From Acidobacteriota bacterium (lineage in GTDB: Bacteria > Acidobacteriota > Vicinamibacteria > Marinacidobacterales > Marinacidobacteraceae): a stretch of DNA of 64,000 nt. The stretch spans positions 17,831-81,830 of the forward strand of contig JAJEAO010000005.1 in assembly GCA_022822745.1 (NCBI GenBank). Direction: 5' to 3'. Made by a program: the position numbers and the translations under genes. The notes under the pieces are model-generated. The model did not search any database, was not told where the DNA came from, and saw only the letters and a program-made list of their open reading frames with translations. Shown one piece after another: positions 38,036-46,326 of this stretch (the stretch's first letter is position 1; each line of letters opens with the position of its first letter).

Positions 38036-39061
38036 TTGACCGAACCGGAGCGCCGCGATTCCGGCTCGCCGGGCCCGGCCCCGTCGAGACCGGCGCCGGA
38101 GCGATCGAAGGGCGAAGCAGAAGACCCGCGCGCGGCGGCTCGCGCCCGGATCGAACAGGCGCTGAACCGGGCGCGGCCGCGGCCGGTTCCTTCCGATCCG
38201 GGCCCGGGAGGGGCCACGCGCTCCGGTGCGCCGGCGACGCCGCCGGCGCACCACTGGAGCCAGGCGATCCGCCAGCGGGTCTCGGATCCGGCGCCCGGAT
38301 CCGCTTCCGCCTCGACTCCGCCCGAACCCTCCGGGAGCGCGGTCCCGGAGACCCCGCCGGCCGAAGCGGACGGCGAGTCCGGCGAGAGCGCGCGGGACCG
38401 GATCCGCCAGCGCATCGAGGCCCGGCTCACGGAGGCGGACGCCCGCCGCCGGGAGCCTCCCCCGGAGGAGCCGAAACCTGCGGCCGAGGAACGCCGCGCC
38501 TCCCCGGAGGAGGGCGACGGGAGCGGGACGAGCGAGGCCGGGGAGACGGCCGACGAGCCCCCGGATGAGGGCTGGTCGCTTCCGGACAACCCGCCGGCGG
38601 GGCGTCCGCTCCGACGGCGGAGGCGGTCGCGCCTCGCCGAGCTCGTCGCGACCTGCCTGCTCGTCGGGCGCTCGCCCGTCGCTCCGGGGACGATCGGCGC
38701 GCTCCTCGGCCTGTTCGCCTTCGCGGTCACCCGGGGACTGTCCGCTCCGGTTCAGATCGGACTCTTCGTCGCCGTGGCCCTCTTCGGAGGATGGGCCGCC
38801 CATCGCCACGCCCATGACCTGAACGCCCACGATCCGCGCTCCGTCGTCGTGGACGAATTCGTCGGGATGTGGCTGGCGCTCATCGCCCTGGATCCGTCGT
38901 GGATCGGCGTCGTGGGCGCCTTCCTCGCGTTCCGCGCGCTCGACATCCTCAAGCCGCCGCCGGTGAGCTGGGCGGAGCGGCTGCCCAACGGGTTCGGGAT
39001 CATGGGCGACGACCTGGTCGCCGGGGGTCTCGTGCGCCTCGCCTTCTACTTCATCGGCTGA
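38036..39061 (+). CDS. pgpA: phosphatidylglycerophosphatase A, with a ~185-aa Pro/Ala/Glu/Arg-rich N-terminal extension
   Basis: C-terminal 155 aa has PgpA blocks (PGTIGALLG, VVDEFVGMWLAL, FRALDILKP, GFGIMGDDLVAG). No internal start before the domain, so the extension may be real or the true start is non-canonical. Confidence 0.7.
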   Translation: MTEPERRDSGSPGPAPSRPAPERSKGEAEDPRAAARARIEQALNRARPRPVPSDPGPGGATRSGAPATPPAHHWSQAIRQRVSDPAPGSASASTPPEPSGSAVPETPPAEADGESGESARDRIRQRIEARLTEADARRREPPPEEPKPAAEERRASPEEGDGSGTSEAGETADEPPDEGWSLPDNPPAGRPLRRRRRSRLAELVATCLLVGRSPVAPGTIGALLGLFAFAVTRGLSAPVQIGLFVAVALFGGWAAHRHAHDLNAHDPRSVVVDEFVGMWLALIALDPSWIGVVGAFLAFRALDILKPPPVSWAERLPNGFGIMGDDLVAGGLVRLAFYFIG

Positions 39062-39077
39062 GGCGGGCCCCCGGCGC

Positions 39078-40409
39078 TTGCCTCCCGCCCCGCTTCCGAT
39101 CTCGGGGGCGGCTGTCGTCGCGGTCGGCGCCGAGCTGCTGGCGCCGGACCGTGAGGATCGGAACACTCCGGCGCTGAAGCGGCTCCTCGCCGAGCTGGGG
39201 ATTCCGGTCGAGTTCGCCGCCGTCGCTCCCGACGGGGAGACGGCGCTGGTCGAGACGCTGCGCCTCGCGATGCGCCGCGCGCCGCTGGCCTTCGCCGCCG
39301 GCGGGCTCGGGCCCACGACGGACGACCGGACCCGGTTCGCGGCGGCTCGGGCGCTCGGCGTGGAGCTCCGCGAGCACGCGCCGTCGGTCGAGGCGATTCG
39401 CGCGCGTTTCGAGCGCCGCGGTCTGCCCATGCCGGAGGTGAACCGCCTCCAGGCGCTCCTGCCCGAGGGAGCGGAGGCGCTGCCCAACCCGGCCGGGACC
39501 GCCCCCGGCGTGCTGGCGCGCGCCGGCGGGTCGGCTCTCGTGCTGCTCCCCGGTCCGCCGCGGGAACTCGAAGCGATGTTCGCGGCCGAGGTGGCTCCCC
39601 GGCTCCGCGCCTCCGGTGCGGGGGCCGCCGGTCGCGTGACCGAGACGCTGCTCGTCGCCGGGCTCACCGAGTCCTCTCTCCAGGAGCGCATCCTCGATCT
39701 GACGCCGGCCGCCGCGGCGGCCGAGGACCTCGCGATCCTCGCGCACGGGGGCGAGATCGAACTCCGGGTCGTCGGCCCCGCCGCCCGGGCGGGGGCGGTG
39801 CGAGGGCTGGCGGACCGGATCGCGGCCCGGCTGGGGGCCGCGGTCTTCAGCCGCTCCCCCGGAGAGGGCCTCGAACACGCCGTGGGACGGCTGCTGACGG
39901 AGCGCGGGGAGCGGGTCGCGGTCGCCGAATCGCTGACCGGCGGCCGGATCGGGGACCGGATCACCCGGGTGCCCGGCTCGTCGGGCTGGTTCGACGTCGC
40001 CGTCGCGACCTACGCCAACCAGGCGAAGGAAGCGGTGCTCGGCGTCCCGCGCCCTACGCTCGCCTCGGTCGGCGCGGTGAGCCGGGAGACCGCGATCGCG
40101 ATGGCCACCGGGGTCCGGCGGCTCGCCGAGGACCGGGTCGGAAGCCCGGCGGGGCGGACCTGGGGGCTCGCCGTGACCGGCATCGCCGGCCCCACCGGCG
40201 GGAGCGCACAGAAACCGGTGGGCCTCGTCTGGATCGCGGTGTCGGGCCCCCGGGACGCGGCGCGGCGCTTCGTGTTTCCGGGGGACCGGGACCTGATCCG
40301 GCAACTCGCCTCGGCGGCGGCGCTGAACCTGCTGCGGCGCACCGTCGAGAGCCATCGCCAGGGCGCCGGCGGCGTGGAGCCGCTCGGTTTCGAGACTCCG
40401 ACGCGGTGA
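39078..40409 (+). CDS. cinA: competence/damage-inducible protein CinA (MoCF-like domain + CinA C-terminal deamidase domain)
   Basis: VAVAESLTGGRIGDRI C-domain block; N-terminal MoCF-type domain. Confidence 0.85.
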   Translation: MPPAPLPISGAAVVAVGAELLAPDREDRNTPALKRLLAELGIPVEFAAVAPDGETALVETLRLAMRRAPLAFAAGGLGPTTDDRTRFAAARALGVELREHAPSVEAIRARFERRGLPMPEVNRLQALLPEGAEALPNPAGTAPGVLARAGGSALVLLPGPPRELEAMFAAEVAPRLRASGAGAAGRVTETLLVAGLTESSLQERILDLTPAAAAAEDLAILAHGGEIELRVVGPAARAGAVRGLADRIAARLGAAVFSRSPGEGLEHAVGRLLTERGERVAVAESLTGGRIGDRITRVPGSSGWFDVAVATYANQAKEAVLGVPRPTLASVGAVSRETAIAMATGVRRLAEDRVGSPAGRTWGLAVTGIAGPTGGSAQKPVGLVWIAVSGPRDAARRFVFPGDRDLIRQLASAAALNLLRRTVESHRQGAGGVEPLGFETPTR

Positions 40410-40981
40410 CCGAGCCCCGACTCTTCGTCGCCCTGCCGTTCCCGGGCGCCGCGCGTCGGGCGCTGGCGCGGGTGGGGGCGGATCTGGCCGCTCGGTGGAA
40501 GCCCGGGCGCTCCCGCGTCGTCCCCGAGGAACAGATCCACCTGACCCTGCGCTTCTTCGGCCCCGGCCCCGACCCGGAGCGGATGGAGGAGCGTCTCCGG
40601 GCGGCGCTCCCGGTCGGACCCGACCCGATGCGGCTCGCCGTCACCGGGCTGGGGGCGTTCCCGTCACCTCGCCGCGCCCGGGTCGCGTTCGCGGCCGTCG
40701 CGGAAAGGGACGGAGATCGCCTCCCGAACCTCCACGCGGCCTGCGAGCGGGTCGCGAGGGAGGCCGGCCTACCCGCTGCGAGGCGGCGCTTCGCGCCCCA
40801 CGTCACCCTGGTTCGCCTGCGGCGCCCGCTCGCGCTTCGCCGGGCCGTCCGGGAGGAGGCGGCGCGCGGGCTGCCGCGAGAGGAGATCCCGGTTCCGGAG
40901 GCGCGGCTCGTCGCGAGCACGCTCACGCCCGCCGGCGCGATCCATCGGCTGGTGGCCCGCTTCCCGCTCGCAACTCCCTGA
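40406..40981 (+). CDS. thpR: RNA 2-prime,3-prime-cyclic phosphodiesterase (2H phosphoesterase, LigT/ThpR)
   Basis: Two H-x-T/S-x motifs (HLTLRF, HVTLVR); ATGA-type overlap with cinA. Confidence 0.85.
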   Translation: MTEPRLFVALPFPGAARRALARVGADLAARWKPGRSRVVPEEQIHLTLRFFGPGPDPERMEERLRAALPVGPDPMRLAVTGLGAFPSPRRARVAFAAVAERDGDRLPNLHAACERVAREAGLPAARRRFAPHVTLVRLRRPLALRRAVREEAARGLPREEIPVPEARLVASTLTPAGAIHRLVARFPLATP

Positions 40982-40994
40982 CCGGCCGCCGGAC

Positions 40995-41612
40995 TCAGGA
41001 TCCCGGCGGGAGTCGGCCGAGCGAGGCCGCCGCCTGCGCGACGTACTTCGCCAGGATGTCGTACTCGATGTTGATCCGGCCGCCGGAGCGAAGGCTTCCC
41101 AGCGTGGTGACCTCGCGGGTGTGCGGGATGAGCATGACCTCGAAGCGTCGCCGGGCCGGCTGCGCCGCAGCCACGGTGAGGCTCACGCCGTCGAGCGCGA
41201 CCGAACCCTTCTCCACGATCCAGCGGGGTTCGGGATGCGAGACCACGAGGCGGTAGTCCTCGTCGGTCCCCCCGGCGTCGAGGATCTCCCCGACGGCGTC
41301 CACGTGGCCTTGCACGAAGTGCCCCCCCAGTCGGTCGCCGGCGCGAAGCGGCAGCTCGAGATTCACGCCGGCGCCGGGACGGAGCGCCTCGAGCGTCGAG
41401 CGGGCGAGCGTCTCCGCCGCCAGGTCGAAGTGGGCGAGGCGTCCGGCTTCGGCGCGCGAGACCGCGGTCAGGCAGACGCCGGAGACCGCCACGCTGTCCC
41501 CGGGTCGGGTCTCGCTCAGGAGCTCGGCGCGCACGGCGATGCGGCGCACGCCGTTCGCGACCCGCTCGACTTCGGTGATTTCCCCGAGGGCGGCGACGAG
41601 GCCGGTGAACAT
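40995..41612 (-). CDS. ribE: riboflavin synthase
   Basis: Starts MFTGLV...; two lumazine-binding repeats (GDSVAVSGVCLT / GSVALDGVSLT). The track ORF extends to 41915 as read-through. Confidence 0.85.
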   Translation of the reverse strand: MFTGLVAALGEITEVERVANGVRRIAVRAELLSETRPGDSVAVSGVCLTAVSRAEAGRLAHFDLAAETLARSTLEALRPGAGVNLELPLRAGDRLGGHFVQGHVDAVGEILDAGGTDEDYRLVVSHPEPRWIVEKGSVALDGVSLTVAAAQPARRRFEVMLIPHTREVTTLGSLRSGGRINIEYDILAKYVAQAAASLGRLPPGS

Positions 41613-41680
41613 GAGGGAAAGCCTGCCCGCGGGCGCGCCCCGGCGCAACCCCTGGCGCATCCCCCGTAGGATGGCGTTCC

Positions 41681-42874
41681 GTGGACGCACGCTTCCTGCG
41701 CCGCGCGCTCGAGCTCGCCGAGCTCGGCCGCTACACCGCGCCGCCCAATCCGGCTGTCGGCGCGGTTCTGGTGCGGCGGGGCCGGGTGCTCGCCCAGGCC
41801 TTCCATGCCCGCACCGGCGGGCCGCACGCCGAGGCGCAGGTGCTCGCCGCCTCGCCGCCCGAGGACTCGACCCTCTACGTGAACCTCGAGCCGTGCTGCC
41901 ACACCGGCCGGACACCCCCCTGCGTCGAGCGCATCATCGCCTCGGGGGTGCGCCGCGTCGTCGCCGCCCATCCGGACCCCGACCCGCGGGTCCGGGGCGG
42001 GGGATTCCGGCGCCTCGCGGCCGCCGGGGTCGAGGTGCGAACCGGCGTCCTCCGGGAGGAGGCCGAGGCCCTCAACGCGCCGTTCTTCCGGTACCACCGG
42101 ACCGGCCGACCGTGGGTCACCGTGAAGGCGGCCATCTCCGCCGACGGCGTCATGGCGCCGCCCGGCGTCCGCTGGATCACGAGGCCCGAGTCGCGCCGGC
42201 ACGGGCGGGTCCTGCGCCGCGAGAACGACGCTCTGCTGACCGGAATCGCCACGGTCGTCGCCGATGATCCCCGCATGACGGCCCGGCCGCATCGGGAGGC
42301 GCGCCCGCTGCTCCGCGTGGTTCTCGACCCGCGGCTGCGGTTTCCGGCGGCGGCGAGGCTCCTCGAGAACCGGGACCGGGATCCCCTGCTCATTCTCACC
42401 TCGCCGCGGTCGTCTCGCGCTGCGCGCCGACGGCTCGAACGGCGCGGCGTGGAGGTCGTCGTCTCGCCGCTCGCCGGCCCGGCGCCACCGGGAGTCCCGA
42501 GCGCGCTGGCGCTGCCTGCCGCGCTCGCCGAGCTGGGCCGGCGGGGGGTCCACACCCTGCTCGTCGAGGCCGGACCGCGGTTGACGTCGGCGTTTCTCGA
42601 AGAAGGTCTCGCCGACCGCCTGGTGCTCTACATGGCGCCGCGGTTCCTGGGCCGGGGCGACGGCACCGGCCTCTTCGATCCGGCGCGCGCCGCCCGCCCT
42701 CCGGGCGCCGGCCGCGCGGTTCTCCCGGCGTGCCAGCCCGATCGGAGAGCGGCGCGCTACGCCTGCCTCGGGCGCGACCTGCTCGCGGAGTTCCGCCTGC
42801 GGACCCCGGCGGACCGGGCGCGATTCGGACGCTCTCCCCGGTCCGATACGACTCGGACGCGGGGCGGGGCATGA
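41681..42874 (+). CDS. ribD: bifunctional riboflavin biosynthesis protein RibD (deaminase + reductase)
   Basis: CMP/dCMP-type deaminase HAE...PCCHTGRTPPC, then the reductase domain. Confidence 0.9.
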   Translation: MDARFLRRALELAELGRYTAPPNPAVGAVLVRRGRVLAQAFHARTGGPHAEAQVLAASPPEDSTLYVNLEPCCHTGRTPPCVERIIASGVRRVVAAHPDPDPRVRGGGFRRLAAAGVEVRTGVLREEAEALNAPFFRYHRTGRPWVTVKAAISADGVMAPPGVRWITRPESRRHGRVLRRENDALLTGIATVVADDPRMTARPHREARPLLRVVLDPRLRFPAAARLLENRDRDPLLILTSPRSSRAARRRLERRGVEVVVSPLAGPAPPGVPSALALPAALAELGRRGVHTLLVEAGPRLTSAFLEEGLADRLVLYMAPRFLGRGDGTGLFDPARAARPPGAGRAVLPACQPDRRAARYACLGRDLLAEFRLRTPADRARFGRSPRSDTTRTRGGA

Positions 42875-42945
42875 GGACTCCGGGCTAGACTCCGCTGTTC
42901 TCTCCCGGGTCGGACCGCGGAAAACCTCCGGGAGACGGGGACAAC

Positions 42946-44211
42946 TTGCCGGAGACCCGACAGCCGATGGATCGAGACGAAGGTCGGGCAGGAAGCCGTC
43001 CGCCGACCCCGCCGATGCTCGGCGTCGGGCAGGCGGTGGCCGAGATCGCCGCCGGCCGGATGGTGATCGTCGTGGACGACGAGGATCGCGAGAACGAGGG
43101 GGATCTCACGATCGCGGCCGAGAAGGTGACGCCGGAAGCGATCAATTTCATGGCCACGCACGGGCGCGGTCTGATCTGCATGCCGATGACCGGGAATCGG
43201 CTGGACGAGCTCCAGATCCCGCTCATGGTTCAGGAGAACACCTCGAGCCTCGAGACAGCGTTCTGCGTGTCCGTGGAGGCCCGGCGCGGCGTGACCACCG
43301 GGATCTCGGCGGCCGACCGGGCGCGGACGATCCGGGTCGCCATCTCTCCCGAAGCGCGGCCTGCGGATCTGGCGCGGCCGGGCCACGTGTTCCCCCTGCG
43401 GGCCCGTCCCGGCGGCGTGCTGCAGCGGGCCGGACAGACCGAGGCGGGGGTGGACCTCGCTCGCATCGCCGGCCTCTATCCGGCGGCGGTGATCTGCGAA
43501 GTGATGAACGAGGACGGCTCCATGGCCCGTCTGCCCGATCTGGTCGCCTTCGCCGAGACGCACGGAATGGGGATCGTGAGCGTCGCCGACCTGATCAGGC
43601 ATCGGCTCCGCCACGAGTCGCTCGTCCGGCGGCTCGCAGAGACCGTGCTTCCCACGGAGTTCGGCATCTTCCGCACCCTGGCCTACGAGAACACCCTGGA
43701 TGGCTCGAACCACCTGGTTCTTCAGTTGGGGAAGGCCGCGCCGGAGCGTCCGGTGCTGGTCCGGGTCCACAGCCAGTGCCTCACCGGAGAGGTGTTCGGT
43801 TCCATGCGGTGCGACTGCGGGCCCCAGCTTCGGGCGGCGCTCGCGGCCATCGGCGAGGAGGGCAACGGAGTTCTGCTCTACCTGAACCAGGAGGGTCGGG
43901 GCATCGGCCTCGTGAACAAGCTGCGCGCCTACGCCATGCAGGACACCGGGCTCGACACGGTGGACGCCAACACGCATCTCGGTTTCCGGGCCGATCAGCG
44001 CGAGTACGGGGTCGGCGCGCAGATCCTCCGTCACCTCGGGGTCGGGCGGATCCGGCTGCTCACGAACAACCCGCGCAAGTTCGTCGGGCTCGAGGCGCAC
44101 GGCCTCCACATCGAGGAACGGGTTTCCATCGAGGTTCCCGCCAACGAGCATTCCCGCGCCTACCTGCGAACCAAGAAGGAGCGGATGGGGCACTTGCTCA
44201 CGGAGGTATGA
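42946..44211 (+). CDS. ribBA: bifunctional 3,4-dihydroxy-2-butanone-4-phosphate synthase / GTP cyclohydrolase II
   Basis: [17 protein letters not shown] (DHBP synthase) and [16 protein letters not shown] (GTP cyclohydrolase II zinc site). Start is 42946 or ATG ~43015. Confidence 0.9.
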   Translation: MPETRQPMDRDEGRAGSRPPTPPMLGVGQAVAEIAAGRMVIVVDDEDRENEGDLTIAAEKVTPEAINFMATHGRGLICMPMTGNRLDELQIPLMVQENTSSLETAFCVSVEARRGVTTGISAADRARTIRVAISPEARPADLARPGHVFPLRARPGGVLQRAGQTEAGVDLARIAGLYPAAVICEVMNEDGSMARLPDLVAFAETHGMGIVSVADLIRHRLRHESLVRRLAETVLPTEFGIFRTLAYENTLDGSNHLVLQLGKAAPERPVLVRVHSQCLTGEVFGSMRCDCGPQLRAALAAIGEEGNGVLLYLNQEGRGIGLVNKLRAYAMQDTGLDTVDANTHLGFRADQREYGVGAQILRHLGVGRIRLLTNNPRKFVGLEAHGLHIEERVSIEVPANEHSRAYLRTKKERMGHLLTEV

Positions 44212-44220
44212 CAGCGCCCC

Positions 44221-44720
44221 TCTATGGAGCGCCGGTCTCCAGACCGGCACCGCAATGGAATCCGGCTGGAGTCGAGAATTGCCACTCTGGAGAGTGGCGC
44301 TCCATAGGAACGGCGCTGCGCACTGCCGGCGCGCCGGGCCGGTTCTCGCGGTAGCGGCCCCGCCCGGCAGTGCGTACGATGGCGATGCCGAGAGGTAGCG
44401 CGAATTGCCGCTCTGGAGAACCCCTACCGGGAGAACCGGGGCGCTCCACACGAAAGCACCTGCTGCATGACACGCGGTGCCGCTCTGGAGAACCCCTACC
44501 GGGAGAACCGGGGCGCTCCATAGGAACGGCGCTGCGCACTGCCGGCGCGCCGGGCCGGTTCTCGCGGTAGCGGCCCCGCCCGGCACGCACGAACTGCCGG
44601 CCTCCGCCGGCTCTCCCGGTACCGGCCCTGCCCGGCACGTTGCCGGCGCGCCGGGCTCCCGCCCGGCACGATGACGCCGGCGGCGGGGCGCCACCCTGAC
44701 TGGCCGCGGCCGACTGGTAC
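44221..44720. repeat. Cluster of nested direct and inverted GC-rich repeats / stem-loops in the ribBA-efp intergenic region
   Basis: A ~72-bp unit (cgctccataggaacggcgctgcgcactgccggcgcgccgggccggttctcgcggtagcggccccgcccggca) occurs at ~44298 and ~44514. A 41-bp unit (ccgctctggagaacccctaccgggagaaccggggcgctcca) occurs at ~44408 and ~44479. A shorter variant (gccactctggagagtggcgctcca) is at ~44281, and an inverted copy (tatggagcgccggtctccagaccgg) at ~44222. The palindromic core tgccggcgcgccgggc appears 3 times, and the cccggcac motif is reiterated up to ~44670. Confidence 0.7.
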
Positions 44721-44744
44721 GATCGCCCAACAAGGAGTCTCCGC

Positions 44745-45317
44745 TTGGCCATCACCTACGCGACGAACGAATTCCGGACCGGACTCAAGGTTCTCCTCGA
44801 CGGCGACCCCTGCGTTCTCGTCAAGTGCGAGTTCGTGAAGCCGGGAAAGGGGCAGGCGTTCACCCGCATCCAGTACCGGAACCTGAAGACGGGCCGCGTC
44901 CTGGACAAGACGCTGCGTTCCGGCGACAAGGTGGAGGCCGCCGACGTCGTGGACACCGAGATGCAGTACCTCTACAGCGACGCCTCCGAGTGGCACTTCA
45001 TGGATCCGAACACCTACGAGCAGTACTCCGCCACCCGGGAGGCGTTCGGGGGGTCGGAGAAGTGGCTGCAGCAGGGCGTCAACTGCGGCGTGACCCTCTA
45101 CAACGGCGCCGTCCTCCTCGTCGCCCCGCCCCACTTCGTGGAACTTCGGGTCGTCGAGACCGAGCCGGGGATTCGCGGCGACACCGCGACCGGAGGCTCC
45201 AAGAACGCCACGCTCGAGACCGGCGCAGTGGTCCGGGTGCCGCTCTTCATCGAGGCCGATGAGACGCTCCGGATCGACACCCGGACCGGCGAGTACGTCT
45301 CCCGGGTGAAGAGCTGA
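44745..45317 (+). CDS. efp: elongation factor P
   Basis: 190 aa with a KPGKGQAF loop (the modified Lys); TTG start. Confidence 0.95.
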   Translation: MAITYATNEFRTGLKVLLDGDPCVLVKCEFVKPGKGQAFTRIQYRNLKTGRVLDKTLRSGDKVEAADVVDTEMQYLYSDASEWHFMDPNTYEQYSATREAFGGSEKWLQQGVNCGVTLYNGAVLLVAPPHFVELRVVETEPGIRGDTATGGSKNATLETGAVVRVPLFIEADETLRIDTRTGEYVSRVKS

Positions 45318-46270
45318 GCCGTCCGCCCCGCTCGGGGCCGACCACGGACTGGCGCCCGTCGGCGCCCCTCGCGAACCTGCGGGAGCGCGCCCGCATCGTC
45401 GCCCGGCTCCGACGTTTCCTCGCCGCCCGCGGCTATCTCGAGGTCGAGACTCCCCTTCTCGGCCCCTTCCCGACGCCCGACCGCCACCTCGAGTCGGTTC
45501 CGGCGGGGGGCGGCTTTCTCCACACCTCGCCCGAGTTCGCGCTCAAGCGGCTGCTGGCGGCGGGCAGCGGTCCGGTGTTCTCCATCGTCAAGGCCTTTCG
45601 CGGCGGCGAAATCGGACCGCGTCACGGCGTCGAGTTCACGATCGCGGAGTGGTACCGGCTCGGGCCGCTCGCCGGACTGCTCCGGGAGATGGATCTCCTG
45701 CTCGGCGACCTGGCGGCCGCTCCCCGCGCCCGGGTGCGTCCCTACGCCGAGCTGTTCCGCGAAGCGGTGGGGGCGGATCCGCTCGCCGCGCCCGACGACC
45801 TCCTCTTCCGGCTCGCGGAAGCGCACGGGCATCCGGGCCCTCCGGACGACCGGGCGGGCGCTCTCGACTTCCTGTTCACCCGGCTCGTGGAGCCCGGTCT
45901 CGCGCACGGGCCGCCCACGCTCGTGACCCGGTACCCGGCGCCGCTCGCCGCACTCGCCCGGCTGGCGGATGACGATCCCCGGACCGCCGAGAGGTTCGAG
46001 CTCTTCTGGAAGGGACTCGAGCTCGCGAACGGCTACGACGAGCTCCAGGATGCCGCCGAGCACCGCCGCCGGTTCGCCCGCGAGAACGAGGTCCGGGCGC
46101 GTCTCGGACTGCCGCCCGCCACTGCGGACCCGAGGCTTCTCGCCGCGCTCGAAGGCCCGGGACTGCCCCGGTGCTCCGGAGTGGCGCTCGGCGTGGATCG
46201 GCTCGTCATGGCGATCCTCGATGCGGAGACGCTCGACGAGGTCGTCGTCTTCCGCGAGGGCTCGCGCTGA
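45314..46270 (+). CDS. epmA: EF-P--(R)-beta-lysine ligase EpmA (truncated class II LysRS paralog)
   Basis: DWRPSAPLANLRERARIVARLRRFLAARGYLEVETP aligns with the EpmA N-terminus; FTIAEWYR and GVALGVDRL class II motifs. The frame is open from 45263 with no ATG/GTG/TTG upstream of these blocks. The only candidate start is CTG at 45314, overlapping the efp TGA. Confidence 0.8.
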   Translation: MSRPPRSGPTTDWRPSAPLANLRERARIVARLRRFLAARGYLEVETPLLGPFPTPDRHLESVPAGGGFLHTSPEFALKRLLAAGSGPVFSIVKAFRGGEIGPRHGVEFTIAEWYRLGPLAGLLREMDLLLGDLAAAPRARVRPYAELFREAVGADPLAAPDDLLFRLAEAHGHPGPPDDRAGALDFLFTRLVEPGLAHGPPTLVTRYPAPLAALARLADDDPRTAERFELFWKGLELANGYDELQDAAEHRRRFARENEVRARLGLPPATADPRLLAALEGPGLPRCSGVALGVDRLVMAILDAETLDEVVVFREGSR

Positions 46271-46326
46271 CCGGCCCCGGTAAACTTGCCGGTTCGTTTG
46301 CCCCCCAGCATCCGGAGGTCCGCCCA

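Noticed and set aside
37940-39964. 674-aa minus-strand ORF opposite pgpA and cinA
   Set aside because: Shadow ORF antisense to two conserved genes.
41616-41680. FMN riboswitch between ribE and ribD, or upstream of ribBA (42875..42945)
   Set aside because: The intergenic gaps (69 and ~70 bp) are too short, and the conserved FMN-aptamer sequence blocks were not seen.
44400-44590. Possible CRISPR array (41-bp repeat, 30-bp spacer, 41-bp repeat)
   Set aside because: There are only two copies. The putative spacer-flanking sequences are themselves repeated (the 72-bp unit), variants occur in both orientations, and no cas genes are nearby. It behaves like a REP/MITE-type nested repeat, not a CRISPR.
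42757-44733. 658-aa minus-strand ORF over ribBA and the repeat region
   Set aside because: Antisense to ribBA and continues through the repeat cluster; no motifs.
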